Assembly: GCA_900088475.1 (NCBI GenBank)
Contig: FLMG01001432.1
Coordinates: 1 to 40,040, forward strand
DNA: 40,040 bases
Direction of reading: 5' to 3'
Source: Hyphochytrium catenoides
Taxonomy: Eukaryota > Protista > Hyphochytriomycota
Shown here: piece by piece, positions 33,453-40,040 of the stretch
How the letters are laid out: every line of letters begins with the position of its first letter
Position numbering within the stretch: the first letter of the stretch is position 1
Made by a program: the position numbers and the translations under genes
The notes under the pieces: model-generated
What the model was told of the DNA's origin: nothing
Database searches by the model: none
Seen by the model: the letters and a program-made list of their open reading frames with translations, nothing else

Positions 33453-36400
33453 ATGTTTCGGCGAGGAAAGGACCTGGGCATCAACTCACGATCTCTATTG
33501 AAGAACAAAGATGCCAGGAGCCTGAGGGCTAAGATTCTGGAAAGGTTCCCGAATGTCAGCGAAGACCAGTTGAAGGTGGTCTTTCCGTCAAAGGTAGGTG
33601 GTGGCCATACTCCCATGCCCGTTCCTGGAACTAATGGCTGACCTTTCATTCCCTGCTGTGCCATGCATAGGCTTCAATAGACGTTATTAAGCTTGCATCA
33701 AGGGCACTGGTCTACGTTAATGTCGATACTGGGACACCTATCTTCTTCGACGTGAATGGGCGGGGCAACCTCTATCCTACGGGTAGGTACGCCTTGTAGG
33801 GCTCAGAGAAGAGAGGGGAAAAAAGCGTTGGCGAGGAAGAGCGGGAGAGAGAGCGAGAGAGAGGGACAGAGACAGAGAGAAACAGAGACCGAGAGGAGAC
33901 AGCGAGGGGAAGAAAGAAACGACGGAGAGCGAGAGGACGAGGGACGACGAGACACTTTATGATTCGACAAGTCTATTCTATCTTGTCGATACGACCCCTT
34001 CTTGATCGATTCCTTTTTTCCTGCTAAGCAATCTATTTCGATGCTTCTCCACATAGTGTATACCTTATGGGAGATTCCAGCGTTGGCTCCATTCTTTGTC
34101 GTTCACTGTCCTGTGAGTCAATACGTCCTGGGAGGGGCGGATGTGATGCTTCCGGGAGTAGTTCGACGGTGTACTGACTTACAGAGCCTTAGGAAGGGAG
34201 AGTGCAGGTAGTGCTGCTGTTTATTACCTGCTCTCTCACTCTCTCTCCTTCAAGATCATCCTCAGGTGTTATTACTCTCTTCCCTTTTTGTCCTCTCAGT
34301 CCTGGTTTCCTCCTTTGTCGGCCCAGGCGTATCAAAAGTACTGTGCTTTGCAAGCCCTCTTCTCCTCCATTTGATCCTCATCTTAACACAGGAGTGTCGT
34401 GGGAAATGGGAACCCCGCCCCTTTTGCTGTGGGAGAGATTTTGGTTGATGCGCAGTACATAGAAGCGAATGGCATGAAAGGAAAGGGCCTGAAGGTTTTG
34501 CATCATTATGGAGATGAATTGTGGGCCATGGGACCACAGACAGTGCCCAACGAAGGTAAAGAGCCTTACCACCGCTGGTCACTTCTCTCAGTCCTTTTCA
34601 TCTCGCAGCATTTGGTCGTAAGATACATAAAGGACAATCTGGTGTGGGCGACACATTGCCTCGTCCTGTTTCAAACTCTATACTGGCCTGTGAAATAAGT
34701 CGTCCTTTTGCCAGTTCTGCTGCGGCTCCTCTGGCTGTGTACCCTCCTGCTAGCTCTTCGTAGCCTTACTCTCTCTTCGCTGACACCTTGTATCTAGGAT
34801 TCACAACCACAATGGTCGTAGCTCTCGACACCGAAGAAGATGGAAGGGAAGAAGAAGAAGAAGAAGATCATCAGGATGATCCGACCGCGGAAAATGTAGA
34901 AGAGGAGGGCAAGGATGACCACCTAGACCAAGAGGGTGGCGCTGAAGTAGCCAAAGCACGAGCACTTGAGGATGATTTGGAAGAAATATCTCTCTCTTCC
35001 GAAAGTGTTCCTATCGCACGATCAGAGTTCACCGAGGAAGAGATGGATCATTTGCTAGAGAAATCTCTCTTCCAGGCACTCAAAAAGTATCTAAAGGATA
35101 AGGATCTCCCTATGCTTGTCAATGTGTTCTGGGCCAAGGTGATGATTCCTGCAAGGCCCCCAGGTGAGGACTTCCCACTGTTGGGCCCTCCTTCGAGTTC
35201 TATTTGGCCACCCTTCAAGCCATTTAACCCGTTCCTTGAGCCGTTGGTCTGCCGATTGTAATCTGACATGAGTGGCCACAGGCTCCACGCTTGACTTGAA
35301 GCGTTCCAGTTATAAGAAGTTGTCCAAGTTTCTGGCGACGATGAGCAAGAGAGGAGTACTGGCGGTCGAGGAGAAAGGAGGCGTGCAGTCTGTCATTGCT
35401 ATCAACAGGGCGCACGCTGATTACAGAGCTCACACCCTTTATAGCCCCATTCCTATTGCTCCGCCTGCTGAAGCTGAGAACCAGGTGCTCTTTACAGGCC
35501 CTATGTTATCCCTCTTTCGTAGCTTGCACGCTTTATGTCTGTTCATGCCTCTTTGCGTCTTAACACTTGGACGACGTCGCTGACCTTCCTCGTCCTACAA
35601 AGGATCTGGCTTTAGGGTCCTGCTTCAATTGATCCCACTGATAGACATTTGTTGACTAACAGCATCCTCGCTCATATTGTCTAGCTTCTTTTCCGTCGTA
35701 GGGATCATCTGCATTGTTTTCTCTGGTCTACGGCGTCTGATTGAGTGTGTTCCTACCCTGTCGTCCTCTGACTTTTATGTTCGCCTACCGTTCTCATCAT
35801 AACTTCCTCGTCTGACCATTAATCTCGACAGACAAGCCATCAGAAACGCCCTTCTGCGGCGCTGAACCTTGACGTGGTATCTCTCTACCGTCCCACCACC
35901 TACATCCGCCCTGTGCTTAAGAATGAGGAGGGAGACCTACAGTTCTCCCCTCTTTTCACTGCAAAGGAACTACGGGATGCATTGGGCCGCTATATTAAGC
36001 GGGAAGGACTGGAAAGTCAGGAGAATAGGCGCTTTATAAGGTGAAATGCTTCGCTGCTTCGCAGTTTGCTTACTTCTTCTGCTGTGTAAGAGAATTCCTT
36101 GCTTTTAATGCCCTCTCTCCTCCGTAGCATTTCTGCCTTATTAGCCCAACATGCTGTCTTGTCTGGACGGCGCCAAACTTCAAAGCTATGCTCGATTTGT
36201 CTTTCCAGCCCTTTTCATCACTGCTCCATCGCACCCTTACCTCCAGGACCACCAGTGCCTCCACTAACGCTGAAAGACCCTTGCCATCCACCGTGCTTTG
36301 CTTTCTTCCATCTTCTTGCACTCCTTCTTGTCACTGTGACAAGGCTTGATCCAGCTCTCACAGAGGCGATATACCGGTCAGGAAAGACTCAGATGCAGAA

Positions 36401-36833
36401 GCCTGAAGGGGGAGACTACCCTAGGACTATGGCAAGAGACGAGCTCTTCGCGAAGATTCTCTCGCGAATGCAAGAGTATCACGCCCTCAGCCTCCACAGC
36501 GAGAGAGGAAAGGGAGAGAAGGGAGAGTACGAGATCCGCGCAGGGAAGGTGCAGCCAATCGTCATAGAGACCAAGCGAGTCAGTGGCAATAAGAAGGTGA
36601 CCCATGTCAGAAACTTAGAGAAATTTGGGATTTCTCCTGCGGAGCTGTCTCATGAAGCGCAGAAGAAGTTTGCTTGCTCCTCCGGAGTGCAGCCACTCCC
36701 GGGGAAGGGCAGAGGAGAAGAGGTCCTTATCCAAGGAGACAGAGGAGAGGACATTGTCGAATACCTGGGTACTCGGTACAATATACCGAGCAAGTACATA
36801 GAAGAGATGGCTGGCAAGGGATGCAAAAAGTAG
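33453..36833 (+). CDS. EIF2D: Eukaryotic translation initiation factor 2D (ligatin): pre-PUA/PUA, winged-helix, SWIB-like and SUI1 regions; 8 exons
   Basis: LKNKDARSLRAKI, LYPT|VYTLW, VSQYVLGGADVMLPGV, VLHHYGDELW, LDLKRSSYKKLSKFL, SUI1 IETKRVSGNKKVTHVRNLEKFGI...KKFACS...EVLIQGD; the exons join in frame through GT-AG introns. Confidence 0.93.
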
Positions 36834-37081
36834 GCCTGGGGCAAAAGAGAAAGCAATTGTCATTCTAGACAGCCAACCGTAGAGGTGAGACAGAGAGTGA
36901 AAGACGGATAGCGCGGGGCCTGAGTTCTAATCATTCGGGAGGCTTGTGCTGAACTGAAGATGAGTGGGCCGAGTTTATGCTTCTCCGATGCTCTAGACGC
37001 TGTCCACTTGGCCCCCTCGCTTGCTGCCTCATTGACACAGGTCGAGACTGGCTCTACGGTGTCATCTTCAATTTCTGTCTC

Positions 37082-39173
37082 TCACATCCCACTGGGAGGG
37101 GCTGGATGCAGCATGCCGGGCTTTATCTCTATGCAGTTGCTCTCTAAAGCTGGATATCTGCGCTTCAAATGGCGAGCGAAGAACTCCATCACCAGCCTCA
37201 TTTCGCTCTGTTAGACAACGAAACGTCAGGAGTCCGGCAGCAAGGAAGAACAACAGCCAATATCAAAGCAGAATATTATTAGATGAAGCAGCTGTAGAGG
37301 GAAGAGCGAGAGAGGGAACACGCAGTAGGAGAAACAATGAATTCGTGGCAAGTATTTGGTCAATAAGAGCTTAACACACCTGTGAGCTTATCATCCCATG
37401 TCCTTTCCCTTCGACTACCTCTAACCGAGCGTCGAGTTCCCTAGTCTCTCCTGTACCTAGCCAAGCGCCTTTGTACTTCTGTAAGGTCAGTCTAGCGAGT
37501 GAGAGAGGAACAACTCCATCTTTGCTGCCATGAATTAGCAGGAGAGGAGTTAGCGAGTCTCCTTCGTGCCTCGTTGACGGACTGGGCAACTTTTGCGTCT
37601 GGGAAGCTAAGAGACTTTCCTCCAGGAAAGACGCACAGACGACGATCGCTCCTCCTAGAGGCGGATAGAGGGAGAGAAAGAGAGACCGCAGCAGATGGAG
37701 GACCACAGCTCCTCCTTGGGAGAAGCCGAAGAGAAAAAGAGAGTCGTGGGTCCAGCCATTCTCTTCTGAGCACAGCCAGGAGATGAGATCTAAGAGACTT
37801 TCAACCACTGTCTGGAGACTGCCAAACGGATGAAATGATAGACAAGACTGCCGTTAGGAGGGAGTTGAAAGGCCGTTGGGACGAGAGAAAAAGGGTAAAG
37901 CTGCCGCCGTCACGTGGCCACAGAACAACAATAAAGCTGGGTCAGGTCTGTCCTTTCCTTCTCACGTGCCCTCTCTTTCTCTGTCTCTGACTAAGAATCT
38001 TCTGACGCTTAGTTTTTCTTATCCTCTTTCCCTTCATTGTCCTTTTGGGTTTCCTCAGTTGGTTCTCTCTTTCTTTGCTGTGCGTTTGATTGCGGTCACT
38101 CTTCTTTCTCTCCCTACTATCCTCCATTTTCTTTCTGCCCCCGATCGCTCACTCTACTTCAGCACTTTTGCGGGTGATACCTGTCAATCCGTCGGCGTTC
38201 ATTAGCAGTTGGTTGGATGAGTTCACCACTCTCTTCAAAGGAGTGGAACCATGAGCTTCCCATGTCAAAAGGAAGGCGATAGGGTGCCCGCAGCGAGAGA
38301 AGTGCTTCATCGGAGCAGGAAAAGGAGGGAGAGAGATATAGGCCAACGTCAGATAGAAGGAAGAAAGCGTAGAAAGAAAGATAGACTGTCGGTAATTAAG
38401 TGCATCCATAGTCAAAAGAGAGAGTGACAGAGAAATGAGACGATGCCTAATAGTTAGACAGAGTTACCTGTCTGTGGCAGAGCCATTCTCTCTCCCAGCT
38501 GGAGAAACGGCTTCTCTGAGTCTCCCAGGCCGTGAAAGAAGATGAGGAGATTGCTATCTATGCCGTCCGCACTGCTTCTGTACTCCCAGTGGAGCCCTAG
38601 TGGCCAAGGACGGGATGACGACGGAGGAGGGCGGAGCTTTTTCTTTCTCAACGGTGGGGGAGTGCTCACGTTGGTCTCTTTCTCTCTATTCTCCTCCTTT
38701 GGCTCCTTCTTTGTCTCTCTATTGTCTCTCGCGCTACCGTTCGACTTTTGTTCCTCCTTCTTTGTGCTTTGGGCCATTATGATCTTCTCTGTCTCTACCT
38801 TTCCGAGCGTCTCTTCTCCCTCTCTCTCTCTCCCCCCGACTTTAGCTTTCCTAGAGTTCGCATCGGGGGACGACGGAGCGAGAGCTTTGGGACTCGCCGC
38901 GCGCGGTTCGGTGAAGTCCAGCTCTTCTTCCAATACCCAGAGCGTCGTTCTTTCTCCCTCTTCATACTGTCTGATGGGCTCGACCTCAGTGACGAGGAAC
39001 ACTCCGCCTAAGATTATAAACTGATTAATGCTGTCTCGGCTTGCCTCTTTGAGATCACTCCTCTTACTGTCTATCTCCCCCTTTCGTTTCTCCTCTCTCT
39101 TCCCTCCCATTTCTCTCTTGTTCTACATTATCCTTCGTAGCTGCAATAGTGCACTCACTTGCTTTGGTTTCAT
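37082..39173 (-). CDS. Intron-containing phospholipase/carboxylesterase (acyl-protein-thioesterase-like) with a charged N-terminal extension; 5' end unresolved and may extend further
   Basis: NLLIFFHGLGDS, LPQT|ALLSLRAP...GSSWF, FLFGFSQGG, LLIHGSKD, GHGMISSQ|SEMRLVMEFFARHL; stop at 37082; convergent with EIF2D. Confidence 0.82.
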
Positions 39174-39280
39174 TGCCTCCGCTATGCTCTTAATCCTCGG
39201 CCCTCTTGCTGTTGTCGCGGTTTCCTCCTCCTCAAAGTTCTCTCTCTTACTCACCCATTCTCTTTCTCCTTCTCTCTCTC

Positions 39281-39319
<39 letters not shown>

Positions 39320-39730
39320 CCCCTTCTCTCTCTCTTCTCCTTCTCTCTGACTCCCTCTTCTTTTCCTCTCACCTTCTACCTCCTGAAGAATCTCCACTCG
39401 CGCTCCCGTGGCGCTCAGTACTGCCTCTCTTCCAAGTACGCTCATCCTCCCAGATGCAGAAGAGGCGCCTTCATCCGCATACAGCCACCGCAAGAGAGAT
39501 GACAGTACGAGCCATACACAGAGAGGAAAGCTCTCAGGAGAGAAAGGGACAGATTGAGAGGGTGTTCATCGCGCCCACAGGTCCAAGAATCAGATGAGGG
39601 GAGCAGAGAGCAGCCTCCGCAGAGGAAGGAGGGTCTGTTTCTGAGAGAAAAGAAAAAGAGAGAGAGAAAGAGGGAGCGGAGCGAGCAAGACAAAGAGAGA
39701 GACCGAGAGAGACAGAGAGACAGAGACACA

Positions 39731-39766
<36 letters not shown>

Positions 39767-40040
39767 ACGGGAAGAGAACAGATTCACTCGAGAGACGCAG
39801 AGAGACGAGAGACGCAGCGAGAAGACTGGCAGCCAAGAATCTGTATCATAGCCGCTAACAGTCGATCCTGCCACTGGGAAAGCCGTTACTTTGGTTTCCC
39901 TAGTTACCGATAAAAGATCAGTAGCCAGTTCCTAACAATCTGACCTATTCTGAGGGAAAAGGCATGTTAGGAAACGGTCATCAGTCATCAGGAAGGGGCA
40001 GAGGGACCCGAGGATCACTTCTCTTTCTCTCTCTCTCTCT

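Overview
Draft eukaryotic (protist-like) genomic DNA, rich in GA/CT microsatellites, with five N gaps and spliceosomal GT-AG introns. Six gene models can be built by hand. (1) An apparently intron-poor, ~1,300-aa orphan membrane protein with two related ~6-TM modules (4954-8942, across a gap). (2) A WW-WW-IQ-coiled-coil-EF-hand protein. (3) A GH85 endo-beta-N-acetylglucosaminidase with an N-terminal membrane anchor. (4) An intronless, bacterial-type phospholipase/carboxylesterase (HGT candidate). (5) PIBF1/CEP90. (6) eIF2D. A second, intron-containing carboxylesterase with an unresolved 5' end closes the window. The most unusual structure is the first 11.3 kb. The window starts with the exact 3' end of another copy of the membrane gene, and the flanking intergenic DNA consists of decayed, internally deleted relics of the same family. 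Two relics form a direct duplication and two form a ~310-bp-arm inverted repeat downstream of the intact gene. Exon boundaries and identities were judged by eye; no database searches were run.
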